Shown: in pieces, positions 12,875-25,868 of the stretch
Layout: each line of letters opens with the position of its first letter
Numbering within the stretch: position 1 is the first letter of the stretch
NCBI GenBank assembly: GCA_001662655.1
Contig: KV460208.1
From: Pseudogymnoascus verrucosus
Lineage: Eukaryota
Length of the DNA: 64,000 nt
Reading direction: 5' to 3' (one strand)
The notes under the pieces: generated by a model
What the model was told of the DNA's origin: nothing
Database searches by the model: none
What the model saw: the letters and a program-made list of their open reading frames with translations, nothing else
Translations under genes and position numbers: made by a program

Positions 12875-15159
12875 ATGGGTCCCAAGATCCTTTGCGTGGC
12901 GGAGAAGCCTAGTATCGCGAAGGCAGTCGCAGGACATCTTGGCGGAGGTTCTTTTGCGACAGTAAGACTGAATCTAGAGATGCGTATAGCACACTCTCTC
13001 TGTGCCCAATACTGATGATACCTGGCAGAGAAATGTCACCGGCGCCCAGTATACCAAGAACTATGACTTCACTTTCAATTTCGGCCCGCCATGGGGAACG
13101 TGTAATGTTACCATGACAAGTGTACTTGGGCACTTGACCGAAGTAGATTTCGGTCCCGAGTTTAAAGATTGGAGATATCCTCCCCCCCGCAAGTTGCTTG
13201 ACGGTCGTGTTCATGTCAAAGTCCACAATGTAAGCTGCTCAGCGAGACCCGAAGGCAACCACTAACACAACCCAAGGACAAGGCGGCTATTGCGAGGAAT
13301 ATCGAGACCCAAGCCAGGAATGCCAGAATTCTCTTCATATGGACTGATTGTGACCGCGAAGGGGAACACATCGGTAATGAAGTTAGAGAACAGGCAGTCA
13401 AAGGCAACTCCTCTATCGAAGTCAAGAGGGCAAAGTTCAGTAACATAGAACGAGTGTAAGATACCAGAACCTTTCTGAAGTGTATTCTAACATTTCTTAG
13501 GCACGTCATAAATGCAGCTAAACATCCCATAGAACTTGATAGCCGTCAAGTGGATGCAGTTGCAACTCGCATTGAGCTTGATCTAAGAATCGGTTTTGCA
13601 TTTACTCGCTTTCAAACTCTCTCACTCCAGTCCCTTGGAGGCCCATTAGGAGATGCCAAAATTTCTTACGGTAGGCCCTCTCTCCAATTCCATCGCGGAG
13701 AGCCCTCTTCTCACAGTTACAACAGGCTCATGCCAGTTTCCCACTCTTGGGTTTGTCGTCGATCGATATTTGAAGGTTCAAAACTTCGTACCAGAACCGT
13801 TCTGGAGTATAAAGGTCACCCATACTCGTGACGATATTGACGCAACATTTCACTGGAATCGCAACCGGCTTTTTGACCGTGCTGCCGTCACAATACTATT
13901 CGAACGATGCCTCGACGCGAAAATAGCAAAGATCACCAAGGTCCAACAAAAGCCAACCAAGCGATGGAAGCCACTACCGCTCACTACAGTCGAGCTGCAA
14001 AAGATGGCTAGTCGATTTCTACGTATGAACAGTCATACAGCTATGCAGGTGGCAGAGGGCCTCTACAACAAAGGAATGATCAGTTACCCCCGAACAGAAA
14101 CAGATATATTTGACAAGGGCATGAACCTCAAGGCACTCGTTGAGAAGCACACGCAGGACAATCGATGGGGACCATTTGCCCAAAATTTAGTCAACGGGGG
14201 CTTTCACTGGCCTCGTGCAGGGCGAAATGACGACAAAGCACATCCGCCGATTCATCCCATTGCTGCCTTCAACGCAGACCGGAATAGTGACGAGGGCCGC
14301 CTTTACGAGTTTGTTGTCAGGAGATTCTTGGCATGTTGCTCTGAAGATGCCATTGGAACCGCAACCGATATCGAGCTACAATATGGGCCCGAAGCTTTTC
14401 ATGCCCATGGAGTTATAGTACTGGAGCGCAATTTCCTCGACGTTTACCCTTATGAGAAATGGACAGGAAACATGCTCCCTAAGTTCACTCTTGGGGAACA
14501 GTTTGAGCCCAAGGAAGCCACACTTACAGATGGCAAGACCGCATCTCCAGGATATCTGACCGAACCCGATCTTATTGCCCTAATGGACGCCAATGGTATT
14601 GGAACAGATGCTACAATGGCCGAACATATTGCAAAAATCAAAGACAGGGGATACGTCATGACACAGTCAAAGGGAGGTGGTAATGCGCCTGTTAGGGAAG
14701 ACATTGCATCAGGAAGAGGCCGAGGTGCTGGCCGTGGTCGAGGCAGAGGGAGGGGGCGGGGAGGGGGTGCTGTCGCTGAAAGTGGCAGGTCAAGCGGAGG
14801 CGTGGAGGAATTCATACCAACGACTCTTGGAGTCGCGCTAATAGAAGGATACGACAATATCGGCTTCGAGGAGAAGCTGAGCAAGCCGTTTTTACGGAAG
14901 GAATTGGAGCTCCAGCTTAAGGCCATCTGCGACGGTACCAAGACAAAGAACGAGGTTCTGCGCGCCGAAATAGGACTGTATAAACGAGTCTATGACCAGA
15001 CTGAAGAGGAAGTGGGCCATTTGATAGCTGTAAGTTTCTCATTTCTGTGTGCGATTACGTGGGGTATTGGCAATTCAGGAAGCTATGTTCCTTAGGGCCA
15101 AGTATTGACTATGAATCTAGGCGTGTCGAAGATACATCTTCAACGGCGGAGTGCAGTAG
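12875..15159 (+). CDS. TOP3: DNA topoisomerase III (type IA), multi-exon
   Basis: MGPKILCVAEKPSIAKAVA, TSVLGH, WTDCDREGEHIG, ELDLRIG, SYG|SCQFPTLGFVV, catalytic ISYPRTET, AHPPIHP and GIGTDAT. Last exon 15121-15159 reads ACRRYIFNGGVQ*. Confidence 0.96.
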
Positions 15160-17101
15160 CATGTTATATGACCCACGTTTCGCCGACGATGCGGGGTACT
15201 TTGCGTCTTTTATCAAGACTGTCGTAGTCGTCGTCGTGGCCACCTGGTCTGAGAACAACCACCATGTGGTGGTTGTATAAAACATGTCTCATCGGCGTTG
15301 ATCGATGGTGGCGAGCAAAGCCGTGCCATTTGATCCGGTCCAGTTCTATCGAAACGTGCCCGATCAACTTGACCCCGCCAAACCATGCATGATGCTGGTT
15401 GTGGCCGGCGCACCTGGAGCCGATCGATTTCCCCTCAATAATAGCCGAGCAATCAGGACTTGACAAGCTAGGAACGTGGGAATTGCAGTGTTATTGTTGG
15501 AGCTAGCTAAGGGTTTGATAACGTCCGACGCCGAGGGCGAACCTCTTACACACGTCATGGCTTGGTTTTCAATTATCATTTTCCGTGAGGGAAGTTTGCG
15601 ATCCGTGGGGATCCGCGCGCACCAAGGGCATGAAATGAGGGCAAGTGGAGAGGGCTTTGATAGATAAAGCAGCGAAACCTCAAAAATGAATTCCTTTTGT
15701 GCGCCAGCCGAAGTGGGGAGTGGAGTCCTCGCTGTAATGACAGTTCCCGAGATGTGGAGAGAGATAAGACGCGGCAAGTGAAATCCAGCCCACAACATGA
15801 GGTCTCGGACAGTTTTGCGCAGAAGGACGAGGTGCTTGCGGCTTCACGATGCCCCGCCGGTGCTCCATCTCGGGTGATCGAGCTGGAAATAGCTAATTGC
15901 ATTGAGGGGCAAAATGCGATACACAAAACGTTTTTGGGGATATTCTTTGTTCATTACGTGAGTTAATGGCAGGGGCTTACCTTTTTCTCAGTACAGTACT
16001 TATCCTCAGGTAAGAAAGTGTGAGTAAGGGGATGGCTGTGGGCAGCGAGATTAGGAAGGGAAAAGCAAGGAAGCCTGCACGGTTACTCTCTGATTTTAAT
16101 ATGAGCGGATTTACAGTGAAGTCCAAAAGCCCGTCGATGTCTTCCGGGTTCTAACGCACCATTATCTGCATTCCTTGCTTTTTTCTTACTGTACTCTACT
16201 GTCACTACTACTCGTAGACTGAGTCTTTGAGTCTATCTATCTATCAGCTGGTCTCAGCTACGAACGAACAAAGAAAGGACGAATAGCGACGCGTTATTAT
16301 GCCACAAGCCACGCCAAACCACCACCACCACAAAACATAGCCATCGAACAGTACTTCTTACCACACTTCCACACGGTAGAATGTGTGGTACCAAGGTATG
16401 TTCGATGGCGGTTCCCGACTTAGGGGCCCTTTCCTTTCTCTTGCGGCAAGGTTGATCCATAAATGTACATTTCATACTAAGAGTACATTCATACTAATAG
16501 AAGTACCCGTATTACCTGGAGAGGTACTTGCTTGGTCCGCTAATGTCCGCCCGTCCGCTTTGTCTCCAACCCAATACGCTACGGCACATGTCCCAAGAAG
16601 TACGTACTCCCACACTGACTCCCCCGGAAACACACTCGCACCCACCCAGGTATTACTGCCCAGCCAGCCAGTGCCAGTGTGAGCCTGGATGGACTCATAT
16701 GCTCCCCCTTCCCTCCCCCTTCCTCCCCTTCCTTCCATCAACATCACCAAACAAATAAGAATCGCACAGCAAACAAACAATCTGCTTTCGCATATACCAG
16801 CACTGCCTCTGCTTCTAAAGTCGCTTTACTTGACTTTACCATCAAGTAAATTCGTACGAAGATAGCCTCTGTCAGCAGAAGACTCGATTCCAGTCGCTTC
16901 GCACCAACCCGGTCATCGCGTCCTGAAATCGATCGCCTCGTTTCTTTGGCAAGCCGAGTGAGTCAACCCAAACGAAGAAATTCCATCGCCGAGTACTTCC
17001 AACGCTCAACGCGTGATATTCTTGTTGCGCGCATACCGTACTGGTGGCTAATATTCCGCGCGCGCAATAGAGAAACGAACCCAAGCAACCCTTCTGTCAA
17101 T

Positions 17102-18244
17102 ATGGCTACGACGAGATCTAGCATTTCCATCGCCTTAAATGGCTCCATGGCAAATGCTCGCGACATAAAGAAGCCCTTGAGTCCAGACGCTTTCACTAGT
17201 GGTCTGGCCAAGAGTGTTCCTGCTACGAAAGCTACCCATACCCTCCCTACTCCTCCCAACTCCATCTCTCCGAATCTGGCGCCACACGGCCTCAAGTCGC
17301 AAAACTACGGCTCCACTGCCCCAGGCCACCTGGATGCCGTCGAGTCCGACTTCGACCTCCGCGATGGCAGTGGCGGCAGCATGGATTCCCAGAATGGCTT
17401 TGAGACGACCGGGTCCATCACCCCAACCCTTCTCGCGAAGCACCACCTTCCCGACATCCTTCTGAACAACGGCCCCCTCGCCATTCGCCACATCATGGGA
17501 TACCTCACCACCTCCGTTCCTGGATTCTCCAGCATCCCGCCAGCCAAGGCTCGACGACTGGTAGTTGGAGCGCTGGAAGGTCGCGGAGGTGGCGACGGCG
17601 GCGGACTGAGCGGAGACGTCAAGTTTGAGAAGGTTGGATGGGGAAGATGGGATGCGAGAATGAACGGCCAACCAAGCCGCGAATCTCGCGGACAACAATC
17701 GCCACCCCCCAGCTTGCCAACCTACTCGATGGGAATGCCCATCAACAATACCAACGGTGGCAGGGCACGACCCAACGCGCCATCCTCCAGCTGGGCTGGC
17801 GACTCTGCGGTCTTCTCCCACGAAGACGACGTCGATATGGAGATGGAAGAGGTAGACAAGATGTCACTTGATGGCTCCTGCTCTTCTTCCGAAGCACCTC
17901 CAGACGACGAAATGATGGGAGACGACCCGGAAGACATGACCGACGACGAAGACTGGGCCGCCGTCGGCGCAGTCGCCCTTCGTCAAGCATCTTACAACGG
18001 ATCCGTACCTCTTAGCGGACGCAGCTTCCTCAATACTCATGTATATACTGGAGGGGCTGTATCAAACAACTACGGCGGAGCATCTCTCTCTGCTATGGCA
18101 AAATCAGCGCCACTTCGCCATCATGATCATATTTCCTCTCAACAAGCATCTAACCCCAAGGTCGATTTCAGCTCCCTTGGGATGGCCTCCGACTCTCAGG
18201 AGCGCGAGGCCATCGAGGCGCTCTTGCGTCTTGGTTCTGTATAA
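17102..18244 (+). CDS. STB3: Stb3-like (Sin3-binding) transcriptional regulator
   Basis: ITPTLLAKHHLPDILLNNGPLAIRHI..IPPAKARRLVVGALE..FEKVGWGRW, TDDEDW and C-terminal AIEALLRL. Confidence 0.85.
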   Translation: MATTRSSISIALNGSMANARDIKKPLSPDAFTSGLAKSVPATKATHTLPTPPNSISPNLAPHGLKSQNYGSTAPGHLDAVESDFDLRDGSGGSMDSQNGFETTGSITPTLLAKHHLPDILLNNGPLAIRHIMGYLTTSVPGFSSIPPAKARRLVVGALEGRGGGDGGGLSGDVKFEKVGWGRWDARMNGQPSRESRGQQSPPPSLPTYSMGMPINNTNGGRARPNAPSSSWAGDSAVFSHEDDVDMEMEEVDKMSLDGSCSSSEAPPDDEMMGDDPEDMTDDEDWAAVGAVALRQASYNGSVPLSGRSFLNTHVYTGGAVSNNYGGASLSAMAKSAPLRHHDHISSQQASNPKVDFSSLGMASDSQEREAIEALLRLGSV

Positions 18245-19738
18245 TATCTTAACGGCGTTCTGGTGGTTATTACGGCAAATGGGAATACCTCTTATACTAC
18301 GATCTCGCGGCGACGATCGATCGATTCCCATGGTTTTTACGGCACGGGTTGGGTTTTTTTAGTAATGGATTTTTTTAAGGAAACAAGCGCGACTTGTTTT
18401 CAGCATCGCCTCTCAGAATATATGAGGCGGTTCGATGCGCAAATACACAACTTTTTCTTTTTTTCGACAAATACATCGATATCTCTGGTCCGAAACACGA
18501 CTAGTGGGGACTTCGTACAGGGCTTAAAACACATGGCCTGGAGCCTCAACTGTCACCTGCGAATTCAACTTCTTTCCGTCGTCCTGACTCCTTAGCTGGC
18601 AGCTTCGGGAACGACGTCGCCTTTGCGCGAATTTTATTTATACCACTTTTTATGGTCCCCCTCCCATGGGGGATCCGACACTTCTTCAAGACTTTTTTGT
18701 TGCGAATTCCTTTTTTTGATATGGGATCGGCAGGATGGGAAACACGGAACTGAAGCGGGCCCCCTTCAACGGTGGCTGGGCGCTTTAAAATGGGAATGGG
18801 ACAGACGGATAAGGGATTGGGGAAAAGCCATTCCTTATTACATGTATGATTGATTGGAACACAGAACATTCCTTTTTCTTACATGGATATGAGGGCTTTT
18901 ATGGAATGAGGATCGGGGAGGAGCGGATGGATGGATACTGGAGGCCACACAGTCCCTACATAATTTACCCACAATTTGAGGCTCTCTCGTGGCAGTATTC
19001 TGAATAGTAATAATGGTGGTTGGTGGTTGAGAGATGGGGAGGGGGAGTGACGTTTTTTTCCTAGTTGATACGTGCTCGTTTGGGCTGCGCTGGGTTTACG
19101 TCGGAGTAGGGTATATAGTTTTTTTTAACACGTCTCGCGAGTCGAGGTTGTGTGTGTGTCAATGAGAAAAGACTACTACCCGGCTACTTTATTTGCTATG
19201 GTTTTGAGTGAGCGTGTGACTGCCTGTTGGTCAACGTGACTGTCTCGGAGGAATTGGGGTGGTGTTGGGCCGGATACTTGGCGGCATATATAGATTGCTG
19301 GAGAGACATTTATGAGGGAATAAATGTATTGGGTTGTTATAGTGATCTTATGATTACTCGCAGTGATGACATCAATCTGGTTCGGATTTTAAGTAATGCA
19401 GAGGTACTATTAAATTATAAATATTGGTATGGTATGTCTTATTAAACTTTTAGGGGGATTTTTTATATATTTTATTATAATAATGATCAGCAATATAAAA
19501 ATTTAATCACTGTCACAACAGTACACAGTCGGGGCTTCTCAAACACCCTCTAGACGATACTGCACTGTAGTTCTACTGCACGAAGTCTTCAAAGCGGTGA
19601 TTCCATATACATCTACGAGATGGATTTAACCCCCAGCCCCTTTCCACCCCCCAGCCCCATCAGAGCCATCAATCCTAACTATACAGTACACCCCCCTCCA
19701 TCATCGACACCCCATCCATCCCAACCCACAACCCCCCC

Positions 19739-20455
19739 CTACAACCTCGCCGAAAGCCCAACCCCATACCAGATAGTCGCGCCCAAGCTAGCCAAGTTCA
19801 ACACCGCGCTCGCACCATGCACACGCGCAAACCTCTTGTTGAGGGCAAGCATATCCTTGCTATGCGGCGCGGGATCAATACTCTTCTTCCCATCCTTGAT
19901 CTCCTGCGCCTTCCGCAGCTTAATCAGCTCCGACGTCTTCGGGCCGACGAACACGAGATTGAGGAAACCGCAGACGAAGGCTGTGGTCAGGGGGTAGAGG
20001 ACGCTCCAGTGGTTTGCGGGCGCCAGGGCGCCGTGGTAGGAGGAGGGCCCGGAAGCGATGCCAGGGTAGGTGAGCGCGACGAGGAGGGGGAGGGTGGTTT
20101 GGAGGGTGAAGTAGCGGGGGAAGACGCGTTGTTGGAGGGCGGAGAAGTGGGCGCGCTCGAGGGTTTGGTAGGCGGTTATGCCGCTGACGAAGGTCTTGGG
20201 GGGGTGTTAGTCGGGGGGAGTGATGGAGGGGGGGTGGATGGTGATGGGGAAGGTGTTGTGGGGAATTGATGGCTGATAGTTTGGTGATAAGACGTTATAA
20301 GAGATGAGATTTATGTTACTTACCTGCCACATCTGCGCACCGAGGTGGGTGCCATATCTGAGTCTGTCAGTACGAGACCAAGCACCAGCCTGACCAATGA
20401 CTTACGCAACGATATGATACGGAGCCAAAGTGTTAAAGATTGAAACGTCGGCCAT
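19739..20455 (-). CDS. TMEM205/DUF4149 membrane protein (3 exons)
   Basis: Spliced reading MADVSIFNTLAPYHIVA|YGTHLGAQMWQ|TFVSGITAYQTLERAHFSALQQRVFPRYF...LNKRFARVHGASAVLNL. Confidence 0.85.
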
Positions 20456-20650
20456 TTTGGAGTTTGAGTGAAGCTGTATGTATGTTTAATTGATGCTTCG
20501 TTGCGGGGAGGGGACTGGATTAAGGAGTCAGAAGTTTGGAGTCGATGCCCGAGGAGATGGACTATAAAGCGGGAGCGCGTCATCTGCCGTTATCCGAGGC
20601 AACCAAACTGTCTTATCTGCACGTGAGACCGTGACATAATGGTTAATTGG

Positions 20651-20668
20651 ACGCGTGAGACTACGCGT
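20651..20668. promoter_or_regulatory. Tandem MCB (ACGCGT) sites in the TMEM205/KU80 divergent promoter
   Basis: ACGCGT at 20651-20656 and 20663-20668, about 160 bp upstream of the KU80 ATG. Confidence 0.45.
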
Positions 20669-20820
20669 TTGCCTAGCCCAGCCATCTGTCGGAATCCTTC
20701 AATCATCGACAGGTTTCCATTCCACTCCCAGTGATTTAGTTTTTTAATCTGCTTTTTAGCAATTCGATTTTTTTATGTGATAGAAGAATACAGTAACATA
20801 ACTCTGCCTCAACCGGCAAG

Positions 20821-23157
20821 ATGTCGGGCAAGGAGGCAACCATCTTCATCGTTGACCAGGGCGCTTCCATGGGCAGGAAGAGCAATGGGAGAGACGAGAG
20901 CGACCTGGATTTTGCGATGAGATATGTCTGGGATTCTCTTGCTACGATCATGATCACGGGACGGACAACCCTCACAGTTGGAATTGTCGGGTTCAGGACC
21001 GATGAGACGAACAATGCCCTGGAGGGGGAGGAAGGGTACAACAACATCTCCATTATGCAGCCTCTAGGACCCATTAAAGTGCCGGATCTGAAAAAGTTGC
21101 AGAAGAGTGTCAAGCCAAGCAAGACGGATGTGGGAGATGCGGTTTCGGCGATCATAATTGCCATTGATATGATGGAGAGGTTCACGAAGAAGTTGAAGTA
21201 TGCGAGGAAGATTGTACTGGTCACCAATGGGACCGGCTTGATGGACTCTGATGATCTGGATGAGACGTCTTCAAAGCTGAATGAAGATGGCATAGAATTG
21301 GTGGTCTTGTGAGCTCCAATGTCCCCCAATGTCTCATCTGGTGGCTAACATGATACTAGGGGAGTTGACTTTGATGACCTGGAGTTTGGCTTCAAAGAGG
21401 AAGACAAGGATTCGCTGAAGGTCATTTTACTTTGTCCGTCGATTAAATTCCATTGCTGACACATTTTAGGCTGGCAATGAGAAGGTTTTGAGAAGTCTTG
21501 CGGACAAATGTGAAAAGTCAGTATTTGGCACTGCCGCAGAAGCGGTCCAAGACTTATCTATACCGCGCGTCAAGGACTATAGACCGTATGCAACTTTCAA
21601 GGGCCAGCTCACATTAGGAGACCCTGAGAAGTATGACACCGCTATGTGCATCGACATCGAGCGCTATTTCCGCACCAAAGTCGCCAAACCTCCTTCCGCC
21701 AGCAGTTACGTTGTGGCGGAAATGGGTGGCGACATCGAGGGCGATGTTAAGATGGAAGACATTGCAACCCAAGGTGATGCACTTACTGCCGTGAAGAATG
21801 CAAGGACATACAAGATAGTGGATGAGACTGCCCCTGGCGGGAAGAGAGATGTCGATAGAGATGATCTTGCTCAAGGGTTCGAGTATGGTCGGACCGCAGT
21901 TGCCATTGCCGAGTCGGACCAGAATATAACGAAGCTGGAGACTGTGGCAAGTTTCTCGATCGTGGGATTCATACCGGCTGAAAAGGTCAGTAGCATTTTG
22001 CCGAGCAGCTATCACTTTATTCCGACGCATTTGCTGACATATCTCTCTAGTACGAGCGATATTTTAACATGGGCGAAAGCTGTGTTACTGTTGCTGCGAG
22101 GTCAAACGAAAAAGCTCGACTTGCGCTTTCATCTCTCGTTCACTCACTTGCAGAACTAGAGTCATATGCCGTCGCTCGCATCGTCTTGAAAGATGGCAAA
22201 GACCCCCAGCTTGTCCTCCTATCGCCATCCATCGAGCCAGACCTCGAGTCTCTGATTGATGTGCCTCTTCCCTTCGCTGAGGATGTTCGCCTGTACCGCT
22301 TCCCTCCACTTGACCGCGTCATCACACTATCTGGCCAGACCATGACCAAACACCGCAACCTCCCTACAGATGAGCTCACCAAGGCCATGTCAGCCTATGT
22401 CGATGCTATGGACATCTCAACGTTTGGCAAGGATGACGAGGGAAACCCAGTAGAATACATGGCCATCGAAGACACATATTCTCCCGTTCTCCATCGCATC
22501 AACCAAGCTATCCGTCGCCGCGCCGTGCAACCCGACGAGCCCGTGCAACCTCCCCCCGAAGTTCTTATGAAATACTCGAAACCACCTGCCGATCTCGTCA
22601 AGGCCAGCGCAACTCAGCTCGAAGCCCTCATCGAGGCCGCCGACGTTAAGAAGGTGCCACCGAAGGCTAAGGGCCGCGTAAAGGAGGCCATCAAGCCCCT
22701 CTCAGGTCTCAATGTCGACGCCCTGCTCAGCCGCGAGGAAAGGACCGAAATCAACTCCGAGAATGCTATTCCGGAATATAAGCAGCGTCTTGGCACGGCT
22801 GAAGATATCACTACGATCGAATCAGCCACCAAGGAGATGGACGGGATCATTCGCTCCTTGATCGAGCATAGCCTCGGCGACAGCGGGTACGGGCAGGCTA
22901 TTGCGAATCTGGGTGTGATGCGAGACGAGCTGGCGAGTCTGGAGATGCCGGAAGTGTATAATTCGTTTATACGGCGGCTGAAGGAGGATCTGCTGAAAGA
23001 GAAGCTGGGAGGTGATCGAAGAGAGCTGTGGTGGGAGATTAAGAAGGCGAGGCTTGGGTTGGTGGATAAGAGGAAAACGGAGGTTAGCACGGTGAGCGAG
23101 GAGGAGGCGACGGAGTTCTATGCTGTCACGAGCGATATACCGATGCGTGCGAAATAG
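20821..23157 (+). CDS. KU80: Ku80, NHEJ DNA end-binding subunit (4 exons)
   Basis: MSGKEATIFIVDQG, KKLKYARKIVLVTNG, GFEYGRTAV, VPLPFAEDVRLYRF, YSPVLHRINQ and KKVPPKAKGR. Confidence 0.96.
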
Positions 23158-23529
23158 TTAATTTTGCTACTGTGCTTGTTCGATATGTAAGACCTTCATT
23201 GAGGCATTCGATGTTCTAGCCATAGTACTTGTGTGCACAGGTGGGAATTGATGAAATTCAACTGAAGACAGCAAACCTGATCTTTTATCTTAATTTTTAA
23301 GTAACAAGCCTGTTGAAGAGCTCTAATAATTTCTAAGTCTTCAAGAGTGTTCATTTATTTGCATTTATTATAAGCAACTCGATCTCCACACAAATGAAAT
23401 AGAGCCGTCGTGCCAAGGTTTGTCAGCGACTCCAACCCACCACAACAACGTTAATCCGTTCCTGACAAGCTCAAGCGTGCTACGTAGGAACAGCTCCCTC
23501 TCTCCACCTTCTCACCTCCAAGAGCAATC

Positions 23530-24389
<860 letters not shown>

Positions 24390-24549
24390 ACTTGCAGCAC
24401 ACGAAAACGGAGTTGGCGTTAGGGAAAGCATGGCTATATGCATAGATACCATAGAACCAGGTGTACAATATGTAATGATCGTCAAGAACACTTGGGTGGG
24501 TTGGCATGTTGCAGCCAGCAGAATTGTGACGCTCTAGAACCGATGCTAC

Positions 24550-25033
24550 TCATGCCTTCTCTCCCTGTATCGTAGCTACCACCTTCCTCTGGTGCCTGGC
24601 TGCCCTGAACTCTAGATACCACACTCCCTGCCACGTCCCAGTCGCTAGCTTTCCATCCTTTATGGGTATCGTCACGCTCGCTCCAATCAATGCGCTCTTA
24701 ATGTGTGCCTACAGCTGGTTAGTAAACACCTAACCCAAACTGTTGCTGAGAGCATACAGGCATATCATCCAAACCCTCCGCCGAGTGCCTGTATAGGTCT
24801 CCCTTCTTATCCTCTGGCGCAATGCGATCAAGCGCATCGCTCATGTCCTCCCTCACATCCGAGTCCCAGTTCTCGTTGAGCGAGAGCGCGCAAGACGTGT
24901 GTTGGACAAAGAGGTTGACGAGGCCCACTTTGTAGCCCTTGAGCTCTGGAAGGCTGTCGACGATGTGGTCGGTGATGAGGTAGCTGCCCCGTGACTTGGG
25001 AGGCAGAACTATGGTCTTTTGAAACCAGGACAT
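24550..25033 (-). CDS. UPF0047/YjbQ family protein
   Basis: FVQHTSCALSLNENWDSDVR, HSAEGLDDMP|AHIKSALIG and GTWQGVWYLEF, with one intron. Confidence 0.92.
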
Positions 25034-25785
25034 AGTGGCGGGCGTGGGTTCTGGACGCTAGGTGTCTGTGATGGGTATTGGGTAAAGAGCGCGGTTGAGC
25101 AAAGATAGAGCGGTACGTGCTACAGACAACGGAAAAGCGAAGAGAAGAAAGCAAGAATATGAACGGGTTTGAGGCGGGGTTTGGTGATCTGTCGAGATCG
25201 TGAGGTAAGTTGGGAAGTAAAGTTTGGTGGGGGTTATCGGCAAATTTGTGATGTCACCGCCCGGCGGTAACTTATAGAAAGCATGGATGGATAGGCTGGT
25301 CTATAATAGATTATCTGGCAACTTATGTGGAATAAAACTATCGTAAAACCGGCGGATACTTTTAGAGTAGGAGTGGCAACAGAATTTGCCGGTAGTCCAA
25401 ATCCTTCTGTTCGCTGTCATACATCCCCACCTCTAGACATTTGGCAATCAAAAACAAACGGAGGAATGTAAATCATTCATTTTCTAAACGTGGCTTCTCT
25501 AGCGCTGCTACTCAGACATGCTACATACTCTAGTAGCTAAAGCGGATCATCCACAGATACCGGGGAGGTTGGTAAAAGCAAAAGCAAAGCAAATTGTTGG
25601 GTATCTGTGGTCGTATACATGAGAAGTGCCAATCCCAGGCGGCCATAAAAGAAAGTACCATCATCCGTGATGTGTGACGCCCAGCCCGATACCAGAGGTA
25701 ATTTGCTAAAGAAACAAGAAAACAATATAAGAAACAGGAGCTGAAAACAGTTTGGGTGAATCAGCACTCGAGAATCACAATAGTG

Positions 25786-25868
25786 TTCACACAGGAACCT
25801 TCACGCAGGAACCTTCACACAGGAACCTTCACACAGGAACCTTCACACAGCAACCTACACAGCAACCC
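25786..25868 (+). repeat. 14-bp tandem repeat (TTCACACAGGAACC), about 6 copies
   Basis: ttcacacaggaacc ttcacgcaggaacc ttcacacaggaacc ttcacacaggaacc ttcacacagcaacc tacacagcaacc. Confidence 0.9.

Noticed and set aside
15164..16780. Short ORFs between TOP3 and STB3
   Set aside because: No coding signature or homology, consistent with promoter or UTR sequence.
16946..17101. TTG-initiated N-terminal extension of Stb3
   Set aside because: No recognisable homology, and the ATG at 17102 is in good context.
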